DNA of 36,825 nt, from positions 208,135 to 244,959 of the forward strand of contig MFMS01000002.1 of assembly GCA_001783525.1 (NCBI GenBank), given 5' to 3'. Each line of letters begins with the position of its first letter. Position 1 is the first letter of the stretch. This document shows positions 28,591-36,825 of this stretch, piece after piece. This DNA comes from Candidatus Kaiserbacteria bacterium RIFOXYB1_FULL_46_14. Lineage in GTDB: Bacteria > Patescibacteriota > Minisyncoccia > Phycocordibacterales > UBA918. Under the pieces are notes generated by a model that did not search any database, was not told the origin of the DNA, and was given only the letters and a program-made list of their open reading frames with translations. The translations under genes and the position numbers were made by a program.

Positions 28591-30342
28591 ATGAGCCTGT
28601 CCTTACCCCCACATTCAAGCTGGTTGGACCGCTGGTTCTCCTACCTTGACCAACTTCGTCCCTTCGACCGACTAGTCTTCGGTGTATTATTCTTGGTCTT
28701 TGTTTTTTCGTTGATTGTAAATTCAATCATTCTCAATCAATCTTTCTTAGTTAGCGTGCCTGAAGGCGGCGGCAAACTTATCGAAGGCGCTATCGGTAGC
28801 CCACGCTTCATCAATCCAGTACTCGCAATCACACGGGCAGATCATGACTTAGTGGCCCTCACATACAGTGGTATTTTACGACTTTCACCATCAGGTGAAT
28901 TTGAAAACGACTTAGCCGAGTCAGTGACTATTTCTGACGACGGCCGAGTCTATAACGTCATCCTGCGACAGGATCGCAAGTGGCACGACGGTACACCAGT
29001 CACAGCAGAAGATATTGCTTACACGATAGCCTTAATCCAAAACCCCGACCTTAAGTCACCACTCCGCGGCAACTGGAGCGGCGTCACTGTCGAATTGATT
29101 GGCCGGTACGAAATAAACTTTGTATTGGAAAATCCATATGCACCTTTCGTAGAAAATATGACCGTCGGTATTTTACCAAAACATATTTGGGAGACTCTCT
29201 CTGATGAAGAGTTGCCTTTTAGCCAACATAATATCGAACCAATCGGTAGCGGCCCATACGAAGTAGCGGAGATTAAGCGCAACCCTGCCGGCTTAGTGTC
29301 TGAATATCACCTGCGTGTATCTCCACACTACAATGAACAAACCAATCTCAATCAGATAACCATTCGCTTTTATCAAAACGAAGAAGCTATTTTAAACGCT
29401 CTTAAGGAAGGTAAGATAAATGCCACCGGCGCTTTGAGTGAACGCTGGCTTAATGACATCTCTCGCGACGATTTCAACTTCATTAGCGAGCCCTTGCCTC
29501 GTGTCTTCTCTGTTTTTTATAACCAAAATAAAAATCCTGCTTTGCGAGACAAGGCCGTGCGTGAAGCACTGTCTGTTGTTGTGGACCGTGATGAATTACT
29601 TAAACTAGCCGTCAACGGCTACGGACGTGCTGCCTACTCACCACTTCCACCAGGTTTTACTGACGTCCCAGAAACCACCTCTAATTATGGAACCAAAGAA
29701 GAGCGGCTGAAGGCCGCCCGACAAATTCTCGAAGCAGGCGGTTGGGCAATCGGTGCAAACGGCCGTTATGAGAAAAAAATCGACGGCATCGACTCCCCTC
29801 TAACAATCACGATGCGCTCAGGCAACAGCCTACTCTTCGAAACCATCAGCAGCTATCTGACCGGTATCTGGCAAGAAATGGGTGCCGACGTATCAGTAGA
29901 ACTTTACGAACAAAGCGACTTAGTACAGACGATCATTCGCCCACGTGATTATCAGATCTTGATCTTCGGAGCCGACATCGGCCGTTCACTCGATCTTTAT
30001 CCATTTTGGCACTCTTCACAACGTGAAGATCCAGGGCTAAACGTTTCTCTTTACGCCAACATTGCTGTCGATCAGCTAGTGTCCGAACTTCGCACCGCGA
30101 CATCGAGTGAGCTACGCACCGACCTACTACGCCAATTTTCAAATGAAATAGCCAACGAACAACCGGCCACATTCCTATTTGCTCCGTCCTTCGAATACGT
30201 CATAGATTCACACATCAGCACAGCCGAGATGAAACGTATCCAAAGACCGAGTGAACGATTTTCCAACGTAACAGACTGGTACATGAACGAGAGCGGAGTC
30301 TGGTCATTCTTTGCTGACAGGAACTGGGATATTTGGAACTGA
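28591..30342 (+). CDS. Peptide ABC transporter substrate-binding protein (family 5)
   Basis: KWHDGTPVTAEDI, PIGSGPY, D.AVREALS motifs; N-terminal TM. Confidence 0.9.
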   Translation: MSLSLPPHSSWLDRWFSYLDQLRPFDRLVFGVLFLVFVFSLIVNSIILNQSFLVSVPEGGGKLIEGAIGSPRFINPVLAITRADHDLVALTYSGILRLSPSGEFENDLAESVTISDDGRVYNVILRQDRKWHDGTPVTAEDIAYTIALIQNPDLKSPLRGNWSGVTVELIGRYEINFVLENPYAPFVENMTVGILPKHIWETLSDEELPFSQHNIEPIGSGPYEVAEIKRNPAGLVSEYHLRVSPHYNEQTNLNQITIRFYQNEEAILNALKEGKINATGALSERWLNDISRDDFNFISEPLPRVFSVFYNQNKNPALRDKAVREALSVVVDRDELLKLAVNGYGRAAYSPLPPGFTDVPETTSNYGTKEERLKAARQILEAGGWAIGANGRYEKKIDGIDSPLTITMRSGNSLLFETISSYLTGIWQEMGADVSVELYEQSDLVQTIIRPRDYQILIFGADIGRSLDLYPFWHSSQREDPGLNVSLYANIAVDQLVSELRTATSSELRTDLLRQFSNEIANEQPATFLFAPSFEYVIDSHISTAEMKRIQRPSERFSNVTDWYMNESGVWSFFADRNWDIWN

Positions 30343-30369
30343 TTTAACTAAAAACTTAATTAACTAACT

Positions 30370-32391
30370 ATGGACAATCAAAACAATCAACAAAAGCCTA
30401 GCACTGGCGGCCCTCGACGTTCCTTTGGACAAGGTGGTTCAAACCGCCCTCGCTTTGGTGCTCGCGCCAACTACCGCGGAGCCCCTGCGCGTAGCAAGGA
30501 AGCACCGGCCGCTGGTGCAACCCCAGCTGGACCACGATCTGCTACACCATCTGCACCAAAACGCGCGAATGGAGGTGGTCGTGCTCCCGAAGGAGAACGC
30601 CGCGGTTCACGCCGCCCTTCACGCTTCAACAATAAGCGTCGCTCCAACAAAGCACCGGCGCTTCAGCACCGTATCTCTATCACTGACGAAAAGAATCCAC
30701 GTCTGCCAGAGGTTCTCGATGACGACACTGTGCGCGTTATACCAATGAGTGGTGTGGAAGAGATCGGACGAAACATGACAATCGTAGAGACCAAAGACGA
30801 TATCATCATTTTTGATATTGGTTTTCAGTTTGTCACCGAAGAGTCCAACGCCCCAGGTATCAACTACATCTTGCCAAATACGCAGTACGTTGAAGAACGG
30901 AAGCACAAAATCCGAGCACTCGTCGTGACCCACGGCCACCTCGACCACATCGGCGGTATTCCTTTTGTAATGGAGCGAATCGGTAATCCTCCTGTTTATA
31001 CTCAATACCTCACTTCATTGATGATCAAGAAGCGCCAAGAAGAATTCCCTCATCTTGATCCAATCGATATGCACGTTATCAAAGAAGGTGATTCTTTCAC
31101 TGTCGGTAAAGTCAAAATCAAAACCTTCCCTGTTACTCACTCTATTCCAGACGCGATGGGTGTATCGGTAGAGACCCCTCAAGGCGACATCGTTATCACA
31201 GGCGACATCCGCCTTTCTCACGAAGACGGAGAAGTTGTTCTCGATGAACGGGAGAGCTGGGAGAAAGTTGGAAAGAACAACAACCTCGTTTTAATCTGCG
31301 ATTCGACCAACGCCGACCGCGAAGGCTTTTCTGCACCAGAAGGACAGGTGCTGGCCAACCTCGATACCATCATCAAAAACGCCACTGGCCGTATGATTAT
31401 TGGTACCTTCGCTTCTCAGTTTGAACGACTAACAGCGATCATTAAGTCCTGCGAAAAGTACGGCAAGAAAGTCGTGCTCGAAGGACGCAGCATCAAGACC
31501 AACATCGACATTGCTCGCACAGCCAAGCTGCTAGAAGTTGAAGACAAAATCTTCATCAACGCTGGCGACATGAGTGACTACCCGTCAGATCGAATCGTTA
31601 TTCTCTCAACCGGTGCACAAGGAGAGGAATTTGCCGCCTTGATGCGTATCGCGACCGATAAGCACAAGTCCATCACCCTAAACGAACGTGACACTATCGT
31701 GTTGTCATCTTCGGTGATTCCTGGCAATGAAATTGCCGTACAGAAGTTGAAAGACAATATTTACCGCAAAAACGTAAAGGTCATCAACTACCGCAGTGCC
31801 GCAGTGCACTCCTCTGGTCACGGCAACGCTGGCGAGCTCAACTGGGTACGCCAAGCGGTACGACCTAAGTTTTTGATTCCAGTACACGGACATCACTTCC
31901 ACTTGAAGAGTCATATGTACACGGCGATTGAAAACGGTTTCCCTCGCGACAATATCGTCGTGCCAGACAACGGATTTTTGATTGATTTCAAAAATGGCGA
32001 GATGATCGTGCGAAAGGAAAAGGCACCAACAGAGCTTGTTATGGTTGACGGCTTCACTGTCGGTACCAAGCAAGAAGTGGTACTGCGTGATCGTCAGACA
32101 TTGGCAGAGGACGGCATGTTCGTCATCATTGCCACCGTCAACACCAAGAACGGCAAATTGCGCAAATCACCCGACATCATTTCTCGTGGTTTCGTATATC
32201 TAAGAGAAAACCAGCAACTGCTTGGCGAAGCTCGCACGCTTATTAAGAAGACGGTCGAGAAGCATACTGAAAATATGCATCCTTTGGATCTTGATTACGT
32301 TAAGGATGAGCTTACCAACACCGTCTCTGGATTCTTGATGCAAAAAACCAACAAGACACCGATGGTGATACCGGTATTGATTGGAATCTAA
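30370..32391 (+). CDS. rnj: Ribonuclease J with long disordered N-terminal extension
   Basis: THGHLDHIGG, HSIPD, TGAQGE, HSSGH, PVHG. Confidence 0.95.
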   Translation: MDNQNNQQKPSTGGPRRSFGQGGSNRPRFGARANYRGAPARSKEAPAAGATPAGPRSATPSAPKRANGGGRAPEGERRGSRRPSRFNNKRRSNKAPALQHRISITDEKNPRLPEVLDDDTVRVIPMSGVEEIGRNMTIVETKDDIIIFDIGFQFVTEESNAPGINYILPNTQYVEERKHKIRALVVTHGHLDHIGGIPFVMERIGNPPVYTQYLTSLMIKKRQEEFPHLDPIDMHVIKEGDSFTVGKVKIKTFPVTHSIPDAMGVSVETPQGDIVITGDIRLSHEDGEVVLDERESWEKVGKNNNLVLICDSTNADREGFSAPEGQVLANLDTIIKNATGRMIIGTFASQFERLTAIIKSCEKYGKKVVLEGRSIKTNIDIARTAKLLEVEDKIFINAGDMSDYPSDRIVILSTGAQGEEFAALMRIATDKHKSITLNERDTIVLSSSVIPGNEIAVQKLKDNIYRKNVKVINYRSAAVHSSGHGNAGELNWVRQAVRPKFLIPVHGHHFHLKSHMYTAIENGFPRDNIVVPDNGFLIDFKNGEMIVRKEKAPTELVMVDGFTVGTKQEVVLRDRQTLAEDGMFVIIATVNTKNGKLRKSPDIISRGFVYLRENQQLLGEARTLIKKTVEKHTENMHPLDLDYVKDELTNTVSGFLMQKTNKTPMVIPVLIGI

Positions 32392-32413
32392 TCAACGTTA
32401 TACCTAGGATATT

Positions 32414-32445
32414 AAAACGGCCGGAGCTTCGCTCCGGCCGTTTTT
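32414..32445. terminator. Bidirectional terminator
   Basis: AAAACGGCCGGAGC-TTC-GCTCCGGCCGTTTT. Confidence 0.85.
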
Positions 32446-32464
32446 GTACGCCATACATTTTCCA

Positions 32465-33094
32465 CTACTTTCTAAAATATCCTCTAATCAAAATCGGCAA
32501 AACACTACCAAAGACCATAAACAATCCACCGAGCATCAATACCTCATCGTAGCCAAACTCTTCACCAACAAAGCCACCGATGACCATAAACAAACCTATC
32601 CCAAGCGAGTAAAGTGTTTGGTACATCCCTACGGTTTGTCCGAACTGCTCGCTGTTGATATTGCTGTAAAAAAGAATGCGCCAAGAAGCCAGATTGATTA
32701 CGGAAAAAATTCCCATAAAAAACATCGCTACATAGAGCTGCCAGATAGCCGTAGAAAAACTGAGCAGAATATAAGTAAAACCACCCAGCATACAAGCAAT
32801 AGAAAGACCCCAAACCTCATCCAGATACCCCTTATTCTTATCAAACCAGCGTCCAATTGGAATAGCCGCAAATGCTCCGACGACTCTATGTATCATTAGT
32901 GCCACTCCGACATTAAGTACGCTCGCACCGTCAATGTAAGTCACCACAAACAGCGCCAGGGCCACAGATACGAAAGCATCAGCTCCCCAAAAGGTAACGT
33001 CGTTAGCAGTCAGTGTTCTGATGATGTAAGTACGCGCAGAAACTGATTTTACACCAGCCTTAGAACTATGTTTTTGATGACGATCAATTTCCAT
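32465..33094 (-). CDS. Half-size (6-TM) MFS-fold membrane protein
   Basis: GRWFDKNKG motif-A-like loop, IWQLY, GGFVGEEFGY. Confidence 0.75.
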   Translation of the reverse strand: MEIDRHQKHSSKAGVKSVSARTYIIRTLTANDVTFWGADAFVSVALALFVVTYIDGASVLNVGVALMIHRVVGAFAAIPIGRWFDKNKGYLDEVWGLSIACMLGGFTYILLSFSTAIWQLYVAMFFMGIFSVINLASWRILFYSNINSEQFGQTVGMYQTLYSLGIGLFMVIGGFVGEEFGYDEVLMLGGLFMVFGSVLPILIRGYFRK

Positions 33095-33114
33095 ACGATC
33101 AATTGTAATACTAC

Positions 33115-33798
33115 TTATTCGTAAATAACATCCTTTCTTTCCACCACCACTTTCCAGCGGCGACGTTTGGCGTGTGTTAGGAGTGCCTGATTAGGATTGA
33201 AACAAATCGGATGCTCTACCGCTTCAAGAAGTGAGATGTCGCCTTCAGTGTCACCGACACCGATAGAGCCTTTGTCAGTAAGACCTTCTTCCTTTAAAAC
33301 ACGAGCCACGATGTTGGCTTTGTTTCCGATCAGATGCTCTCCTTCGACAACGCCAGTGAAACGGTCTTGTGAGCCTATCTCGTAGATACGCCCATAGACT
33401 TTATCAAAGCCATACTGACGACAAAATTCATCCAACACTGTCTTTGGTGATTGTGAGATGGCGACTAGGTAATAACCTTCTTTCTTAAGTGAGGCTATTA
33501 AGTCGCGAGTGTATCGATAAACGCGTTTACTATGAAGCGACACCACCTCGCGGCCAATGTCGGCCAGATCGCCATAAAAAACGCCCTTGATGTGATGGCG
33601 AAAAGAATCCACCACGGCGTCTATATATTCTTCGTAGTTACCCTCACGATCAATCCATTTCTGTTTGGCTTCCAAATAATATTCCTCTGCCTCGGCAGGA
33701 AAAATCTTACGCTCAACCAATTTCTCTACCAACTCAATCAACAAACTTGAGCGAAATACCGTCCCGTCAATATCAAAAAAAGCCACCGGTTTCTGCAT
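33115..33798 (-). CDS. HAD-IB family hydrolase (SerB-like)
   Basis: FFDIDGT, AISQS, K, GDTEGDISLL. Confidence 0.9.
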   Translation of the reverse strand: MQKPVAFFDIDGTVFRSSLLIELVEKLVERKIFPAEAEEYYLEAKQKWIDREGNYEEYIDAVVDSFRHHIKGVFYGDLADIGREVVSLHSKRVYRYTRDLIASLKKEGYYLVAISQSPKTVLDEFCRQYGFDKVYGRIYEIGSQDRFTGVVEGEHLIGNKANIVARVLKEEGLTDKGSIGVGDTEGDISLLEAVEHPICFNPNQALLTHAKRRRWKVVVERKDVIYE

Positions 33799-33827
33799 AC
33801 AATAATTGTAGCAGAAACCGGTGGCTT
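33775..33827 (-). terminator. Terminator hairpin overlapping the HAD start codon and promoter
   Basis: 17-bp perfect inverted repeat, 33780-33796 and 33811-33827, T7 on the minus strand. Confidence 0.75.
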
Positions 33828-33848
33828 GTACGTAAAGGATCGGTAGTA

Positions 33849-34031
33849 TCAGCGCGGCGTGTTGTTGACGACTTCTGACTCCTGTCTGGAAAGGGTACGC
33901 GGGTTGCCGATCTTGCGGCCGGACTTGTCCACAACGTATCCGGTGTAATCACCGGAGCTGCCGAGGCCGTTGACATAAAGCCCGCCCTTGGAATGTGGAA
34001 TTGTGATGCCAACCTTACTCATATCCGCCAT
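33849..34031 (-). CDS. Small hypothetical protein (60 aa)
   Basis: AAGGAG 7 nt before the ATG; fills the intergenic space. Confidence 0.55.
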   Translation of the reverse strand: MADMSKVGITIPHSKGGLYVNGLGSSGDYTGYVVDKSGRKIGNPRTLSRQESEVVNNTPR

Positions 34032-34099
34032 CGGGATTCTCCTTTTTTCTCTCACCGGAATTAGTGAGAGATACATTGTACCTTATTATTTGTTAAATG

Positions 34100-35227
34100 T
34101 CAAACAAGATTCCTTACGCTCAAATAAACACTATATGCAATGGCGCCTACCGTCATTACTAAAGCAATGAAGATAAACAGGCCGCCAAACCACGGAAGTG
34201 AACAAAGAAGAGTAGTCGCAACAAATCCTACCAACACTGTGACAAAATTCATCTTGTCCCATTTCGGGAAGAATGAAACAACTAATCGCCCGATAATGAT
34301 CGGTAGCAAAAGCATACTGGTTAGTACAAGCAAGACTGAAGTCAGAAGAGTCAAGAAGCCGATCCAAACTCCGAGCACAGTGACCAACAAGATAAAGGAG
34401 AGAACCGGACCAGCAATAATCGCTGTCAGTCCAAAGAGACCACTCTTGGCAGGCTCACGGCGTAGCAAGTGCCAAAGATGCTCGATCCGTCCACGAAATA
34501 GGAAAAACAAACAGAGTGTAGTGAAGAACCATGCCACCATCGCAAATAAACTGAAGTTCCCTTCTTTACTATCAGAGATAGCGACATCCGCGCGAGCAAC
34601 ATCGCCGGCGACAGTCGCGCCTTGTGAGCGAGTAACATCCTGCTCACTTTGATACCGAACATCACCCTTGACCACAGCACTGTCTTGCAACTCCAAAGTG
34701 CCGATCACATCAACACCACCAACTGCCGAGTTGACAGTAAAGCGATCGGCCTGACCCATCACAGTACCCAATACATTACCTTCGATCACCGCTTCACCGC
34801 CGTAGAAATAGACATTACCGCCGATCTTGGCAGTAGATAAAATGTGCAATTGTCCACCTAGGACAAACACATCATCTTTCACCTCTCCCGCTATCACTAC
34901 CTCACCACCAATGACACGCAAGTCATCACCTACCGTATTGTGGACATTAGTAGTACCGCCCATCACTGTAAGATCCTCGCCAATCTGTCCATTTACCGTG
35001 ACCGAGCCAGCAATCACATACATGTCACCCCGCACTTCGCCGGAATGAGTCACACCACCGGCAGCCGCATAAAAATCATTTTCTACAATCTGACTAGCAC
35101 TTACCGAAACATTACTACCAGTACGCACGACTGTTTCCGCAGAAGCAAAGAGTGGGAAGATCGCCAAGACGAGGATAGCAAACAAGCCACTACTTGCTGT
35201 TATGGACTTTAAGTTTAGGTTTTTCAT
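34100..35227 (-). CDS. Bactofilin-like (polymer-forming) beta-helix protein with C-terminal TM domain
   Basis: Signal peptide; repeated V-x-G-D-x-x-V-x-G-G motifs; about 5 TM helices. Confidence 0.8.
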   Translation of the reverse strand: MKNLNLKSITASSGLFAILVLAIFPLFASAETVVRTGSNVSVSASQIVENDFYAAAGGVTHSGEVRGDMYVIAGSVTVNGQIGEDLTVMGGTTNVHNTVGDDLRVIGGEVVIAGEVKDDVFVLGGQLHILSTAKIGGNVYFYGGEAVIEGNVLGTVMGQADRFTVNSAVGGVDVIGTLELQDSAVVKGDVRYQSEQDVTRSQGATVAGDVARADVAISDSKEGNFSLFAMVAWFFTTLCLFFLFRGRIEHLWHLLRREPAKSGLFGLTAIIAGPVLSFILLVTVLGVWIGFLTLLTSVLLVLTSMLLLPIIIGRLVVSFFPKWDKMNFVTVLVGFVATTLLCSLPWFGGLFIFIALVMTVGAIAYSVYLSVRNLV

Positions 35228-35244
35228 TTTAATGATTTAGATTT

Positions 35245-36264
35245 TCAATTTTTGAAAAGTTCTCTTCCTCTGTCCCAGATCTCATTGTGTCCTTGTTTTT
35301 TGAGCCAGTACCACCACTCGGCTCCCCATAGGTATTGCTTATCGTAACGGGTTTCGACCGCATAATCAATAATTTCGTTGATCTTCTGAAGATCCATTCG
35401 TTCATATTGTGTCTTCAAATCAACGGAGGTGACCGGTTCTACCAACCACGGTTCAGCAGATAACTCGATCAAGAAAGTCGGTTTATTACCATAAAACAAC
35501 TTAATAAAATTTTCTTTCGCTCGATAAAACCACGGTGGCAAAATTGTCCTAAACTGCCCTAGCTCTGGATTCCAAAAATAAACATATACACTCGTACCAA
35601 AAGCATCACCGTGCTTGTATGCATGTGCCCACAGACCTAGATTGCCGCTGTCTGTTACCAAAATCGGCCTGGTTGGATCAAGTGAACGAACCAGCTCTAT
35701 TTCCTCTATCAAAAATTCTTCATCTAACTCATTACAATAATCCTTGGCAAACACCTCCAGATAAGGTTCGTTTTCAACTTGCCAATATATGATGGCGGGA
35801 TTGTTTTTGTAGCGCTCCACCACAACGCGCAGATATTCTCGTATTTCCTCTTTTTGTTTTTCCCACGGCAAACTAGCGCCCCATTCTGGAACATGACACT
35901 CAGGCCATCTTGGCAAACGCCGGCCAACCGCAAAGATCACATCGGCATTCACTTCTTCCGCGCGCTCCATCTGATAATCTAACTCTGTCCAGTTGTACAC
36001 GCCCTTTTCTGGCTCAACCATCGGCCAATGAGCCGCCAATCGCAAGTGACGTACACCGAGGTCGTCGAGAATGGCATCGTAAACTTCTTTCCAATCAAGA
36101 CCGAGTTCATTTGCATACAACGTATTAAAAGACATCCCGTAAACTATCTTCGAAGGAACGGGCTTTTCAGTCAGCCACCATGCAAAAGCCGCGACAATGC
36201 CAATGAGCAACAGCGCCACTAGTAGCCAGCGTGACCATTTGTTAGTTTTTTTGTTTTTCTTCAT
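35245..36264 (-). CDS. Membrane-anchored clan GH-A glycoside hydrolase (GH5/GH42-like)
   Basis: WQVENEP (acid/base), LIELSAEPW (nucleophile), HWPMVEP..G.YNW. Confidence 0.8.
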   Translation of the reverse strand: MKKNKKTNKWSRWLLVALLLIGIVAAFAWWLTEKPVPSKIVYGMSFNTLYANELGLDWKEVYDAILDDLGVRHLRLAAHWPMVEPEKGVYNWTELDYQMERAEEVNADVIFAVGRRLPRWPECHVPEWGASLPWEKQKEEIREYLRVVVERYKNNPAIIYWQVENEPYLEVFAKDYCNELDEEFLIEEIELVRSLDPTRPILVTDSGNLGLWAHAYKHGDAFGTSVYVYFWNPELGQFRTILPPWFYRAKENFIKLFYGNKPTFLIELSAEPWLVEPVTSVDLKTQYERMDLQKINEIIDYAVETRYDKQYLWGAEWWYWLKKQGHNEIWDRGRELFKN

Positions 36265-36267
36265 CGC

Positions 36268-36825
36268 TTATAAGAATAGGAGAGTAAAGCCGAGACAGAT
36301 AATAGTGATATAAACAAACTTTTGCACCAACGTCTTTGAATCACCGTCGTGTTCACGAACAGACTCTGGTAGCCACCGGCCAAGAAATAGTGTGACCAAA
36401 AGTATGAATACGAATTTCACTCCGTCGAGCGCTTGTACCACTGCCACGTCGCCCCAATCGGTTGCCTTTAGAATCATAAAAGCGGCAACACCGGCTAAGA
36501 TCTTATTACCAAACACCAACAACCCAGTACGTCGGCTGGTCTTTTTGCTTTGCTCTCTGATAAGCTCCAAGTAATTAGGTACCAGGAGCCATGAGAGCGC
36601 AAAAAGTATTAGCGCGATGCGAGACCAAAAGAAACCATCATCAAAGTTGGTCATCTGAAACAACCCTTTCATCGCGAGGTAATGAAGCGCAAAGAATAAG
36701 CCACTGTGTATGGCGGCTAATGCGATATTGGTAGAAAATCGCATGCTAGATACCGCAAAAGTACCAGTTGCTAATAGCAATATGCCCCAAATAAAGTTGT
36801 GCGAATAACTAATATCCCAGAAGAA
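36268..36825 (-). CDS. EamA/DMT-like membrane protein, 5' part probably outside the window
   Basis: GDVAVVQALDGVKFVFILL motif; multiple TM helices. Confidence 0.65.
   Translation of the reverse strand, partial: FFWDISYSHNFIWGILLLATGTFAVSSMRFSTNIALAAIHSGLFFALHYLAMKGLFQMTNFDDGFFWSRIALILFALSWLLVPNYLELIREQSKKTSRRTGLLVFGNKILAGVAAFMILKATDWGDVAVVQALDGVKFVFILLVTLFLGRWLPESVREHDGDSKTLVQKFVYITIICLGFTLLFL

Overview
Bacterial chromosomal window read with the standard genetic code. Gene content and style (SD-poor and near-leaderless genes, many orphan secreted proteins, secG/peptide-binding protein/RNase J synteny) suggest Patescibacteria/CPR, Parcubacteria-like; this is an inference. The left part (2.1-16 kb) is a co-oriented minus-strand cluster of cell-surface genes: a 1634-aa multidomain adhesin, three secreted proteins sharing an Asn-rich TGxN...IxTGDA repeat, a sortase substrate coupled to a class F sortase, and a CAP-domain protein. 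The cluster has structured, attenuator-like leaders. An ECF sigma/anti-sigma pair follows, with two identical TGAAAT-N16-CGTA promoters in the window. The rest is mostly housekeeping: pseudouridine synthase, typA, tRNA-Ser(GGA) with an unusual structured 3' duplication, lemA/htpX/fur, groES/groEL, secG, a peptide-binding protein, RNase J, a HAD hydrolase and a clan GH-A hydrolase. The best candidates for undescribed biology are a putative amyloid-like or beta-rich filament system with display loops, a recurrent [PG]xV[LA]G[AEV] motif in the surface proteins, and a 159-bp tRNA-embedded element that can refold the tRNA 3' end. All calls come from reading motifs by eye; no searches were run.
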